64,000 bases of DNA from the NCBI GenBank assembly GCA_034780895.1, contig JAUZTB010000080.1, positions 10,605,010 to 10,669,009 of the forward strand, written 5' to 3'. This stretch comes from Rhynchobatus australiae (Eukaryota). A program made the translations under genes and the position numbers. The notes beneath the pieces were generated by a model, which worked only from the letters and a program-made list of their open reading frames with translations, was not told the origin of the DNA and made no database searches. Positions 39,798-53,921 of the stretch are shown piece by piece; position 1 is the stretch's first letter; every line of letters starts with the position of its first letter.

Positions 39798-41659
39798 CTT
39801 ATATGATGCTATGTGCCTGTGGTGCTGCGACAAGTAAGGTTTTCATTGCACCTGTGCAAACATGTATTTGTGCGTATGACAATAAACGACTTTGACTCAG
39901 TACACTCATTTTGAAATCAGCTTGAGGTATGATACCTTAGACATTGACTTTGGAAATCAAATCCAAAGTGAACAAAGACCAAAATATGGATATTATTCAC
40001 TGCTCTCATGTCCTTTTAAGGTTTCCAAGACATGTAAATCATCAAAAGGTCATTTTAAAATCAGATCAATCCCACGTTGTGTACAATACTGGGATTACTT
40101 CATAAAAGAAGTCATTGACAAAGAAAGGTTATTATTTATATCAATTTGATACAGGTTTGAGAGAAGGTAACATTGCCAAATGCATCGTGGAGTGCAGATC
40201 ACATGAAATGCTCTCTGATAGAAACTTGGCAGTTCTGGCAATGTACTTAACAATTTTCCACTGCACTAGTGAGTTATGAAGACACAGGAATAAATACAAA
40301 AGCTTATTGCATTAACACTTTAAAAATTGAAGCATTATGTTAGGAAGGAACCTTGAAAAGATTTCCAGTATCTTATTCCTTCAGAGGATATTGTGAATTA
40401 GAACTTGGTTTTACACGTGCCATAAATCAGCATTTTAAGATTAGCATGTCATTGGAAACTTCCACTGATGGTTGTGGTGTGACAGTAAATCAAAGGGCCT
40501 TCAGCACCGATAAAGTTAGTCTGTCTATATCCAGTTAAATAAACACACTAAGGATGGCTGTTACAAATTTGTTTCTGGTATAAAGATCATCTCAGGTTCA
40601 ATGGCATCATTGTTTCCTGTCACTGAGCTGATTATCATTTTTATGGGGGTTGACTTTCACTGCCCTTTATCTGCTTGTATGATAGGGTAGCCTGAGATTA
40701 TGACAATAATTTATGTGGCCTGGATTAGATGGTGATGATTTTCACATGAGCACTTGTTCAAGTTCTCAAAGAGTGGCAAGAGAAGTTTCCTCGCGTGCTT
40801 GAGTGAAAAGCTGGTTCTCAGGAGCTGCGCTGGTGATTCCTTCGATATATTTCAGAAATCCACTCAGAGATCAGCAAGGATCTGGCTGCTCTGTTACTTT
40901 GATGATGACTGAGATGAAGGTAACAGAACGAAGGAGCTGGAGCCCACGGTAGCAGCCTCAGCATTCTCATTATAGATCAGCAGCTTCACAGAGGTTCAGT
41001 CCATCGAAAGAAATACCACCCACACAACACTCGACAAGCAGAGGATAACCTTTCTCATCACATTTGAACGCTAGTGTCTTGGCTGGCTGAGAGTCTTCTA
41101 TTAAGAGGTGGACTACCTTTCCAGTTCAATGCAACCACATCTGCTGCTGTATGAACCAGAAGGTCACACCTTATTAGTGTTTGGAAAAGTCAGTGCCATT
41201 TCACTCTCTTCAGCCTCTTCACTCAGTCTCTGCAGAAGATTTTTGCAGGACCTCACAGATGACTGCACATTAATACATAAAACAGGCGACTGATGTCTCA
41301 CTCGCAGGGCACATCTTCTCCCGTGATGCCAGTCAGGTTTTTTTTTACCTTGGTTGGTTTCTCCATTCTCGACAGTTGCAGGACATGCTACAGTGGGAAT
41401 GCCCAATGATGACAAAGTCTCCCTTTGCATTAGTATGTTGCTGGTGTCCAACCAAAGTAGGCTATTTATGCTGGTATGCACAAGAGTGAGTGATCATGAT
41501 GTTTTTGTTATGTGAGAGCCCACTCTTCCCAATCAACCTGCAGCTCAACACAGAGTTAACAGATGGCTATATGAAGGAATGCCCATTGATGAGGCACATG
41601 AGTGATGGAAGGAAAACCACATGACAACCTGATGTGTCTTGAGCATATCAGCACATGAA

Positions 41660-41783
41660 GATAAGATTTCTTTATTAGTCACATGTACATCAAAACACAC
41701 AGTGAAATGCATCTTTTTTTTCATAGTGTTCTCGGGGGCAGCCTGCAAATGTCGCCACGCTTCCAGCGCCAACATAGCATGCC
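41660..41783 (-). mobile_element. V-SINE/HE1-type SINE 3' tail
   Basis: Reverse complement of the tail at 28165-28232 (gggggcagcctgcaaatgtcgccacgcttccagcgccaacatagcatgcc). Confidence 0.75.
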
Positions 41784-41883
41784 NNNNNNNNNNNNNNNNN
41801 NNNNNNNNNNNNNNNNNNNNNNNNNNNNNNNNNNNNNNNNNNNNNNNNNNNNNNNNNNNNNNNNNNNNNNNNNNNNNNNNNNN

Positions 41884-42182
41884 TTGTAACTCAGGCCCCC
41901 AAGTCCAGGCAACATCCTGGTAAATCTTTTCTGCATTCCTTCTAGTTTAATAACATCTTTCTTATAACAGGGTGACCAAAACTGTACACAATACTCTAAA
42001 TGTGGCCTCACCAATATCTTACATAACTGCAAAATAACTTCCCAACTCCTATACTCAATGCCCTGACTGATGAAGGCCAACATGCCAAATGACTTCTTCA
42101 CCACTCTATCTACCTGTGATTCCGCTTTCAGTGAACTATGCACTTATAATCCCAGATCCCTCTGCTCCTTGACCCTCCCCCT
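41884..42182 (-). mobile_element. CR1 LINE fragment
   Basis: QVDRVVKKSFGMLAFISQGIEYRSWEVILQLCKILVRPHLEYCVQFWSPCYKKDVIKLE..QKRFTRMLPGL. Confidence 0.9.
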
Positions 42183-43954
42183 GGGACATAAAACAAATGT
42201 GGCTAAGATCACTTCATTTCTAATTTGTATAAGTGGAAAATTTATTCTAGAGAAAGTAGATTTTTCCTCAGTCCATTGTGAAATTCAGCTTGCATTCATA
42301 GAAGTAAACCTCCCCAAAATGAAGGTTCTTCCCAAACCCCAATATGAACTGGGACAAGAAGGTCTAATTAAGTGAGCAAATTTTTGGAACACATTTTGTT
42401 CCACCACCGTACTCCCTTGGACTATCAGAACATAAAGTGCACTTCGAAGGAAAGCAAGCTATATATAGCAAGCTGAACCCAGCTGTTCCAGTTAGCAAAA
42501 TCGCTGCAGCAATGCAAATCAGAAGCTTGAGACAAGATGACACAGCACCTTAAGTAATTTCTTAAATTAGATTCCATGAAAAGCCAAAGTACAGAGACTG
42601 CAAATAGCCAAATTAAACCAACCAATTATTCTCTGCAAAAAAATCCAACAACCACTTACTTAAATTATGAGAAAAGCTTAAATAAAATAGAGAAACTTAA
42701 TGCTCAAAATATTTTTCTTCACTCCAAAACAAGAAAATAAAACCCACATCAGAATAGTCTCTAAACAAGATTTGGACTATGAATGAGTGGAACAGTGAAC
42801 CAGAATGACTGAATAAGACAAATAAAAAACAATTAAGGATAGCTGCAATTAACCTCTGCCCGCCAAACAAAATTCATCATTGCTAATACTTCAATATTAA
42901 AGTGAATGTAAGAATTTTATTTTAAAAATAGATCTCGAGTTGCACTAACAACGTCTAGTGCAATAATGTCCTTGAGATATATTTGAACAAATATTATGAA
43001 CTCTATTAAAATAGGCTCAAGTAATAATGGTTGCTGGTCTATTACTGATGATGGTAGGAGCAAGAGTATTAAAGGTGAATTAAGAGGCAAACATATTGCG
43101 TATTATAGACCATGTAATTTTCCCACCAGCACGTCAACAATGAGATCAGCTTCTGCAATTTATATAATCATCGTAGCACCATCTTCAGCAACAGCGCATT
43201 AAGGTCAGTTTTGAAAAAATATTCTTATGGTTATCTTTCATTAAATGACTATGCAGACAAGTGCAATGAGGCAGTTGTCAATATATGGGGATCATTCCAT
43301 CATTAAAGACGTCTACACTAGAAATAATTTAGGTTTATTAAGTAAACAATGACTCCACATGCTACACAACAATCTCAGTTAATACAAAAATATCAATTTC
43401 AGCACAAACCTCTCTATAATCAAAGCTGTTATTTGATTTTACTAGGGCTGTAGCATGAAACCAAACTCATGCAGCAATGGAGTTATGCAAAATATTTTAC
43501 AGCATTGGTCTTCACACATTAGTTGATTGCAAGGCAAAGATTCGCCAATGGCAGATGTGCTGAGTTCTGTGGTTTGAAATTCCTTTCTCCTCCTCAGCCC
43601 AGCCATTCCACCCCTTCCCCTCACTTTCCCCAACTACAAGCCCAGCACAAATAACAAAAAACTCTTTTCAATTTGTCAGAACAGTAAGACATTGCTCAAA
43701 GGGTTTCAGACCTGAAACTTCAACACTGATTTGCCTTCCACAGATGCTGCCCCACCTGAAGGTTTCCAGGATTTTTGTTTTTATTTCAGATTTCCAGCAT
43801 CTGCAGTTTTTTTTTGATTATCAATGTCTTGCTAATTTTTTTTTTAGTAACAATTTACCTGATTAGACATGAGCCTTTCATCAGCTGCAGGGATTGATAG
43901 TCTATAACTAATGTTTATGTGCTGAGGGGTCTTTACAGCATGAATATATAGAAA

Positions 43955-44945
43955 TATTTCCTCTTATAGGAGAATCTAGAGCTAGGAGTTGCTGTTTAAA
44001 AACAAATAGCCATCCATTTAAGACAGATGTGAGGGCAAAATTTTTTCAGTTGGAGTTGTGTGTGTTTGGAACACCCTTAAACTAGATGGTAGAAGTTGAG
44101 TCTTTGAATTTAAGGCGAAGGTAAATAGGTTCTTGCTAAACAAAGGGGTGAAAGGTTACTGTAGATTAGTAATGCAAACTTTAGGTTACCATCAGATTTA
44201 TGGAAAAGGCACAAGGGGCAAAGTGACAATCCTCTTAATTTATATGATAAAAGATATTTATGCATGTATATACATATGCAAGGCACACACATACATAAAA
44301 TTTATGCAAAACAAGAACTGCATAATCATTTTAACTATTGGTCTTTTTAATTTTATTAAAACATTTGTAGAATACAGGGGTAGATGTCATCCTACATCTA
44401 TAAGCAGCTCTAACTAAACCATATTGGATCATCAAGAGTAATTTTGAGCACTGGACCTTAGAAGGAGTGCAGTCTAGGTTGCCAGAACAACACTGAACTC
44501 CAAGGATTCAGTTACAAGAGATTACACAAACTAGTGTGGTATTCCCAAAAAAAAAGTAGAGGAAAATATTCCACTGGTTGAGTCTAGGATTGGAGGACAT
44601 TGTCTAATAATTAGAACCAAACATTTCAAGAGAGTAGTTGGAAAACAATTCTATATGCAAAAGATGTTGGATTTTTAGAACCACCTTCTGTTCATAATGT
44701 TCACAAGAAACAGTTGACCATTCAGCTCTTCATGTCTGTTTTATCATTCAATACGATGGTAGATCTCCAACCACAGCACAATCTTCCTGTACTAATCCCA
44801 TATTTCTCAATTTCATTTGTCTAAAAATTCAAAGATGATGATCTTGAAAATATACAAGTGAGCTTCTGTGACCCTCTCAAGTAGAGAATTCCAAAGATTT
44901 ACCAACCTCACATTGAAATAATTTCTTTTCATCCCTGTTAACAGC
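43955..44945. mobile_element. Cluster of decayed CR1 3' fragments in both orientations
   Basis: Plus-strand ggagaatctagagctaggag...ccatttaagacagatg and ggaccttagaaggagtgcag; minus-strand gtagagaattccaaagatt. Confidence 0.55.
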
Positions 44946-45289
44946 AATTCACACTAAGGCAATTATTAAAGTCTAATTGATAGTTTGTTCTACAAAAGTA
45001 TTTAGGGATTTGCAAAGGCAGGTATGTGTCACAGATCATCCATGTTCCCTGTGAATGACAGAACTGACTCAATGAGCCAAGTCATCTCCTATTAGATAAG
45101 CGGCAGCATTACCTGAATTGAACACTTAAACACACAAGTTCTCCATGACACCTGCACAGTTGCCAAATTAAAGGCAATTATCAAACAGCAGCACTTAACA
45201 TGTATTCCATAAAACGCTTACCATCCTCTTTTCCCTTCCAACATACACTGTCACAAACTTCCAGCCAACCACTAGTCCCTTTTGTTTTC

Positions 45290-46356
45290 TCTGTACTTCC
45301 TTACAACTTGTTTGCATCTCCAATATTTTCTAATTGTGATAAAAAGGTTATAAAGTTTAAACATTAATTGATTCACAGCTGCTGCCCGAACTGCTGAGTA
45401 TATTTTATTTCATATTTTCAAAATTCATTATTTGAATTTTTTCCCAAATTAAATCAACTCAAATTATTTATTCTAATAAACAGATTAGTGGGTGTGAGTA
45501 ATTGAATAATGCATTCGTTTCACTCTAAAGTTTCCCTTGCACTTTATGATGCCAGCTGAACATCACTCCCACTCATCATTGTTCCCTGGGTGAAGTGCAA
45601 TATCTTTTGCTGATTTTTGCAGGTTTTGGTTTAAAAAAATACTCTCCCACCCCCACCACCGTGAAAATNNNNNNNNNNNNNNNNNNNNNNNNNNACCATC
45701 AGTTCACTGTAGCTCAAAGAAATCTGGCAAGGTAAGCTATGCTACTCTAGAGTAAATCAAGCCTTAAATAAACCCTTTATAATTTCAAGTACCTGTTGGA
45801 GGGGCAATGGCCTTCATATTCTGCTGATCTGGGTTAACACTAATTATGAGGCAGCTTACTTGCTAAAGAATTAACATGCAGTTCACACAGAATCTGCTGA
45901 TCTCAGTTAGTAATGCAGTCAGAACCCAACAAATACTCCAGGCTTAGGCAGAACAAAACAAAAAAAAGCTAACACTTCCATCAAATAGACTTGTGGCACC
46001 CTGGTGGAACATGTGTCTGCATGGTTGAAAGGCTTGGGAGTGTTGAATAGCCCAACATTCACCACTTAAGCTCTATCAAATACTGTGCACAGGACCAAGG
46101 AAACAATGCGATTAAAACTAGAGTACCACAGAAAGAAAGAGATGACATTTAAATAGCATGCTTTGCAGCTAATGAAGAATTTTTCCAAGTTTGGTAATTT
46201 AAGGTAAAATAAGAGCCACTATTGACAAGATCACACAAAAAGCAAAGGAAAAAGTCCACATGCACATCAAATACCTGATCTTAATGTTTAAACTTTATAA
46301 CCTTTTATCACAATTAGAAATATTGGAGATGCAAACAAGTTGTAAGGAAGTACAGA
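45290..46356. repeat. Near-perfect 76-78 bp inverted repeat, arms about 0.9 kb apart
   Basis: 45290-45367 is the reverse complement of 46281-46356, differing only by two homopolymer-length changes. Confidence 0.9.
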
Positions 46357-46359
46357 ATC

Positions 46360-47000
46360 CCAGGCATTTCAATATGATCACTTCTCGTTCTTCTAAACTC
46401 CAGTGAATTAGATCCAACCTATTCAATCTTTCTTAATAAGATAATTCCTCATCCTATTTTTCAACAAAGGAAACTATCTCGGAGCTGCCTCCAACGCAAA
46501 GCACATCCAAAGCACAACCCAAAGAGTGATCTCAGCTATGCCTTGACGAACTACAGCAAGACTTCCCTACTTTTATACTCCACTGTGCAATTCATTTCAT
46601 TTTCTTTCCAGATTACTTGCTGCATGCTATCTTTGTGGTTTTTGTGCAAAAACAAACATCCTTCTATACAGCATTATTCTATATTCTTTCTCATTTCAGC
46701 ATCGTTATGCTTTTCTATTTTTCCTATCAAATTTGATTGCATTTCCCCACATTATATTCCACCTGCAAAATTTTGTGTCCACTTGCCTAATCTATTGATT
46801 TTCCAATGCAGACTCTTCATGGCCTTTTCACAACTTGCTTTCCCACCTGTTTTTGTGTCATCAGCAAATCTGGTCATCTTACACTCAGTCTATTAATTCA
46901 TGACATCAATATAAACTGTAAATAGTTGAGGTCCCACGATTGATCTCCATGGCACCCCACTAATTACAGCTTGACAAGCTGAAATTTATCCCGACTTTAG
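46360..47000 (-). mobile_element. CR1 LINE RT fragment, decayed
   Basis: Plus-strand tttgtgtcatcagcaaat (reverse FADDTK), ggcaccccactaattac and ttcttctaaactcca. Confidence 0.7.
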
Positions 47001-47119
47001 CCAAGTAGCAGAAGAAAATCTTTCAGGTGACTGACTATAACTTGCATTTATGAATCAGCCATACAATAAAACTTTAATTTTCCATTAGATGGCATCTGGT
47101 ATGTGCTATCTAATGAGAA

Positions 47120-47568
47120 ATTTCTATAGATGTACAAAGGAGAGCATTCTGACTGGTTGCATCACAGCCTGGTCTGGAGGCGCCAATGCACAGGATCGCA
47201 AGAGGCTGCAGACTCAGCCAGCTCCATCACGGGCACAACCCTCCCCATCATAGAGGTCATCTTCAAGACACGGTGGCTCAAGGCAGCGGCATCCATCACT
47301 AAGGACTCTCGCCATCCAGGACATACACTCTTCTCATTACTACCACTGGGGAGAAGACACAGGAGCCTGAAGACCCACACTCAATGATTCAGGAACAGCT
47401 TCTTCCTCTCTACCATCAGATTTCTGAATTGTCTATGAACCCATGAGCACTACATCATTGTTCCTGCTTTCTTTTGTACTACTTATTTAGTAATTTATAG
47501 TAATTTTATGCCGCAAAACAACATATTTCACAATGTGCAAGTCAGTGATAATAAACCTGATTCTGATA
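47120..47568 (+). mobile_element. Rex1/Babar LINE 3' end
   Basis: FYRCT.ESILTGCITAW.G...DRKRLQ..ASSITG..LP.IE.IF...L..AASI.KD..HPGH.LFSLLP.GRR.RSLKT.T, then tail gataataaacctgattctga. The same tail occurs at about 60830-60915. Confidence 0.85.
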
Positions 47569-49380
47569 TGTGGGACTCACCAAATACATTAATATAGATG
47601 TTTAGCTATCTTATTTCACTGCAACATTCAAAGTGGCACATTTTACAGGGCAAAATGAAGAGATCCATAATTTCTTCTTCCAAAAGTACTGCAGTTGACA
47701 TAGTTCTGTTCAATATTTGCTTCCAAATTGAACAAAGACTGGAAAGTCGAAATTACAGGAATTTATAAGGTCTAATTATGAAAAACAGCAGAAATTCCCC
47801 AGCAACTATTGTCACCAAATCACATTAACATCATCTATCAAGCTGAGATACAAAGGATTTTCTGATGGCAGAGTTGATAGATCTTCAGCAAATAACTTTG
47901 CACTAATTCTTTTCTTATTCATTTCTCAGGATGTGGCAGCTGCCGGCAAGCTCAATTTTATCCATTCCTATTATCCTTGAGAAGGTGCACCAGTGAAAGA
48001 AGGACTGAATGCTCAGAGTGGTCTTGTCTAGAACAAGAGATAGATCTATTTCTGCCACTTCTTTCTATGCCAAAGATATCCATGCTTTTCTGGTTAAAAA
48101 AAACAAGTAAACTTTTCTTCCTTTTACCAAACATCTTGCATCAAAAGCATGACTGGCACCTACCTAATTAGTTGTGTACATTTGTAAATATACTTTAACC
48201 TTCAAAAGTAATTTTAATAAAGGGATTTTAAAACATCTACAAATATTATCGCTAATATAATAATCCTACCCATAAAGCTAGATGTAAGGGTATTTTAGTA
48301 AATCTTCGGCCATAATAACTCTCGACATCCAGAAAGCACATTATGCAGCAGCACACAGACTTCCATGGACTATTGTTTGGACAGGAGTATTTCAGTCTGA
48401 TGACTACATTCCTGCTCTCCTGACATGACAGAAAATCCTTTGTAAGTAGGAAAGAAGTTGCATTTGCTGCTACCTTCCTAGTCCTGTTATGAAATGCATG
48501 GTAATTACCTTCAGGTCTCCACCAATCGTAACTAAATAAACATTTGCCCTATCAAGTCGTCTGCTGTTAAAGAACATTTCTTAATTCCTATCAACAAAGG
48601 ATACTGAAATGAAGTGAATTTCCATTTGTGGTTGTAAATCAAAAGGCATAGCATAGTTCTGTAATGAATGCCCAAGTTAACATATAAACCTTTCCAGTAA
48701 AACAACACAAATCTCATGATATTATCACACTACTAAACAATAGCAAAATGGAAACAAAGCTCAAGTCTACAATTAGAAATTATAATAGTCGATTTAGTGA
48801 AGTACAGGATGCTGGGATTGTATAGTTGGATTCCAAATCCATCCATCGACAGGATAATCATGCTTCAGTACAAGTACCGTTCAGGAGAATGATACACAAA
48901 AACTATTTATGTACAAAAAAGTCCAATATCCTTTTCAAGAACTTCCAGATAGGCAAGGCTACCCATCAAGTCCCAGTTTACTCTTAAATAAAATACTGAA
49001 CCCAGGGGCTGTGGTGATCAGGCTTCAACTACATAGTAAGCTCACCTTAAAATTTAATTCAACAACACACAATGCTAGGATAAAGGCACACATTTTTCTG
49101 GTCATTGCTTACACGCAGGAGCCACATCCTGGAACAGACACCACTAAGCACTTCCTGCTGTTTAACAGCAATGGCAGTGAAGAGGTGAAACCAAAACAGA
49201 GCAGTGAACCTGCTAGTATCCGATAGGAAAGACTTCTGGCTTTCAATGAATACTGAACCAAAACAAACCAAGAACTCTAAGACTGACAGAAAGATCATGN
49301 NNNNNNNNNNNNNNNNNNNNNNNNNNNNNNNNNNNNNNNNNNNNNNNNNNNNNNNNNNNNNNNNNNNNNNNNNNNNNNNN

Positions 49381-49862
49381 AAGGTGCCACCAACACTTTC
49401 TCTGTGAAGTCCTTCAAATCCATGAGCATCTATCCCCCCCAGCCAATGCTGCCAGCATCAAGGCTATAATTAGACTCAGTAATCTCCAAAGGGCCACATC
49501 CTTCAAATACCCAACTTAACATCAGACTCCCAGAACAGGCATTTTACTCAGAGCTCTGTCATGGCAAGAGACACTTCCAGGTGTGCACAATAATCACCTC
49601 AAGTATGTTTTTAAATCCTCCCTGAAAAAAAATGCAACTCACTTCAATTGGAGGCAAAGTGTCCAGAAAAGTAGTGAGCATCTTCGCAAGGAGCACATGG
49701 AAGCTATGCAAAAACATCAGAAGCAGCATAGGACTACCTCCATCAAGCATCTCTTGCTACACCTTTGGGGGAGTCAGTAGGTCCTACATAGACCATGTGT
49801 CCAAAAAACTGGAGTGGAAGCAAATCATCTCTAACCCAAGGGACTGTGGGAGGAAGAGACAA
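49381..49862 (+). mobile_element. RTE-clade LINE 3' fragment
   Basis: Homologous to 28630-29150 (ccttcaaatcca...gggccacatc...agactccc..aacaggcattttactcagagct..gtcatggcaagaga). Confidence 0.65.
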
Positions 49863-52800
49863 AAACTAAACTACCAATACAGAGTCATGAGTTTCAAAAG
49901 CTAATTCTGAAACTGACATTCTGCAGACCATCACAAGAAAGAAAAAGAAAATCAAATTGTTACAGAAATGTCATAAAAACCCAACTATCTTCTTAAAGGA
50001 AAGAGGAGCATCTGCATGTCTTTACTGCTACCAGTGGTGACTTCATTCCCCAAGCTATACAATTTATACTCAATCCCCGCTGGGAAACAAATGTCATAAC
50101 AACTAAAAACAGAAACCTCGTCTCATCTGGTGACCTTGCTACAGCTCACAACAGGTCTTCTGTGTTTGCTCTGAGAAGTGAAACTGAATGTGCCCACTTG
50201 AATCCAGATAAGCATTCACAAATAGTGAGCAAATAGAATCAAAAACATACCCTGTGGGGTTCAACAGTGGCCTCGCCACTACATTTACAATCCTGATGGG
50301 ATTGTGTTCCATTTCATCAGTTTAATTCTAGAAAATCAGCAATAAATCTTGAATTGCAATGTCCAAGTCACTTCAAAATCCCCCAAAAACTAAAGTGCAG
50401 CAGAAACAGGAAATGGTAAACAGCTTCTTCAAACTACAGCCGTTTCTGAATTTTTCCTATAACATCAACTCATTAAACAATGCCAGCAAAAAAGTGTTTA
50501 TTGCAGATCAATCAGCATATCACACATGATAACACAAACATAGTTAATTCATGCATTTAAGAAGAAAGTCATTATGCCCTTTTAATTTTTCATTTTACAA
50601 CTCTTAGCCTTTTAACTTTCCATCTCAGTTTCCATTCAGTGCTCAGAATCAACTCCTATTTAGTCTGTTATGTATCCCAATCAATAGCGGTGCATAAATA
50701 ACCAATTCTCTGCTTTCTGACATGCTCATATTAAAGGTTTTTTTTGCGTGATTTCATTTTAAATAACCTCAATTTTTACAGCTGAACGAAGTAGCGGCAA
50801 TGAAGCAGACTCCAGTTTATTTGGAATGAACCTGTCTGCAACCAGCATCAGAATGATGCCTTCACAACCAAACCAGCCTCCACATCAAATTTATGATCCA
50901 CTTCTATCCATCAGCAGTGCAATCCTCCAAGCCATGTACCTGGACTTCAGCAAACTCCAAACTTCAACCTATTCCTTCAAAATATCATTCTCTTTGCACT
51001 AAACCAGCTCTTCATTTTACCCTTTTAATCATGGATCTGCAAAGTTTTGCAGCACACAATCAAACCTCAGCTCTCTCACACCCACTCAAATGTGCAAATA
51101 AGCAAACTGCCCAGGTTCAGTATATATTGGCAAGAACTAGATACAGACAAACAGGGAGGCAGAAAATGATGCATCAGCTCAAATAGGAGAACATGGTTAG
51201 AAAACACCAAGGCAAGCTACTGCAAAGTGGTGAGTGGCCTTGCCTCCCATTTTTAAACAAATTTCAGGCATGCAAAACCCTAATTATGAGTAGATGAACC
51301 CCAGAATTTCAGCAATACCCATAATTTAGAACATCCAAGACAGAAATATTTCTATTCTGAGCATAAATATTTTCCACATCCAATCATGTACTACAGTTGC
51401 ATAGGCATCAACCACTCTCTTTTACCTTGACTAAGGGTCAAGAGCCATCCTCCTGAACCCAGATGGAGTGGCAACATCAGATTCTGAGCGTTCAATCCTA
51501 TCCTCTCCAGGTAAGCACATGTACAGAGCAGTAACCCAAGTTGATTTCCACCTTCACCCTACCCCGCCTTTTTTTAAAAAGGGAAATAAAAATGAGATTA
51601 GATTGGGTACACTTACCTTCCCAGTGTCCCTTAATGTCTTTCCATTGTCCTTGGAGCACAACCAGTGCTGTTTCTACCTCCCAAGAATGATCAGCAGACA
51701 TATCAATGTTGGTCCATGAAGGAAATTCTACCAGTTTCAGTTGGGTAGACACAGCTAGCTCCTGCCTCTAATTCCTTTAGTTTTAGTTACTCCAAACAAT
51801 TCAACCAATGGGCGGCCAGGACCAAACAATAATTAAATGCAGTTTTTGCTTATGAAACATTGAAGAGAAATAGTAAAGAGAAAAATGAGGCTCTGGCACA
51901 AGCTGAAGAAATGTCATACTGAAGAAAGTATGACCAAACAGAAATGAGAGTGAAATCCAATGCAATTCATCTTGATTTCAATACAAGGAGGCTGAACAAC
52001 TTGAACAGAACATGGGTGAAAAGCTTAGATCACCAGTAAGAGTGTGCAGGGTATTCAAATGTAGCTCAAAGTCTATAACCAGAGAATCTTGCACATCATG
52101 GCAACTAATCAGTGTACCGAGTTGACCTATCCATATGACAACCAACTCAATATCTGCTAACGGTTTATTTTAAATACAATGAATCTTAAGTGAATTGCAA
52201 AGAATAAAACAACTGGAAATTTTACCAGAAACAAAGCATGGATGAAAAGGAAGAGAAGAAGCTGCCTCCGAGTTGATGCAAGAGAAGGGCACATGCAGTG
52301 AAACTGTTGTAATTATTACAGCAAGGGAGCTTCTAATAAATTGAGGGATTAATACATGCATGGAACCAATCAAAGCTATACCACTGTTAAAACTTTCATT
52401 GAGCAACATATTAGAAAGGAATTATAAATAGAGAATCTCATGCTTCGATGTGTTTGTTGGCTGGTAATCAGATCTACCCTAAAAGTTGTTACAGTACAGT
52501 GCATTCACACTATCTGCATCTATTCCTGTTAACTGCTCAAAGAAATTCAGTGAGGTTAGGTTCTTGGACCCCAAATTACAGATCATCATTTTTTTTGTAA
52601 CTAAGTGCTTCTGGGAGAGATTGAATTGAGGCTATTTAGTAATTTTGACTCGTCCTTTCAGACATTTCCTTTGTTCTACACATCCCTCCTCCACTTTTCT
52701 CCTACTGAAAAGGTGCACCTCTCTCTTTCCCAGTTCTAACAAAGGGTTGAACAGCCTGACCTACTGAGTTTTCCAGTATTTTCTGTTTTTGTTTTAAATT

Positions 52801-53764
52801 GAACCAATCAGTAAATGGCAAGATACCACTGTGCCAGAAAAAATATTTCATTTTGCATACTCAACAGAACTTGTGATTCATGCTACAAGGAGCTCTGGTG
52901 TACTGAAGTAAATATACTGTTATTAAGATGGGAAGCACTAGGTTGCAAATTCCAGAAAAAAATTAAAAATAAAGTGGGGGAGAAATAATTATTTTCTTTG
53001 TTTATGCAGAGAGTTATAAGGATCTGCAACACCACCAAAAAGACAATGGAAACTGATTCAGTAATAAAACTTTCAAAGGCAATTTGATAAATATGTTGCA
53101 GCAGAAATATTTACAGTTCTACTGGGGAACGAGGAGGATTGGGGATAATTGAACAGCACTTTCAAAAAGCTACCACAAAGACAATGGGTAGAACAGCCAC
53201 CTTCTTTGTCACATATTTCTAAGAAGCAGAGATGATGATGATCATAGCAGCTGCAATGACTCCATTCACAGCTCAGTTATTAAATGTTGGTGTTCTTTCT
53301 GTTTCCTACTGTAGGTGATAACTGCCTCAATTTCCCATGGCAAGAGGTGGGAAGAGAAATGAACAATTCGAGCTATCGATCACTGATTGTTAATTACATA
53401 TTGCTGGACACTGCAGGATTGCAGGTCTGGACTCAGTTGTGGCCCTTGTACCCTCCATTGTATAATAACCTACGTGAAGAATGCAACATAGAAAGTAAAT
53501 AAAATCTCCACTAAATAAAGATAAAACAAAAATTGGATGGCAAGTGCAAATGTCAACCAAGCTGAGCAACAGATATTGACCGACTAGACATGGACCACTC
53601 AGCCAAATATGTGCAAGCTATAATCTACATGTCTAAAGTCAAGTGAAGCAAGCATTTCCACATGAGGATACATTAGAATTATAAACTTTGTTAATAAAAT
53701 ATTAGTAGAATGCTATTTGGCATGATTTTGCACATAATCCTTTATCAGGTCACTGATGTTTATT

Positions 53765-53921
53765 GGAGACGCAAGAGACTGCAGATGCTGGGATCTGGAG
53801 CAAAAGACAAGCTGCTGGAGGAACTCTGCAGGTCAGGCAGCATTACCCAAAATGTCGACTATCCCTTTGCCTTCACAGATGCTACATTCACCAAGTTCCT
53901 CCAGCAGTTTGTTTTTTTGCA
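53765..53921. mobile_element. Penelope-derived fold-back element
   Basis: gcaaaagacaagctgctggaggaact pairs with agttcctccagcagtttgtttttttgc; head agagactgcagatgctgggatctgg. Confidence 0.65.
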
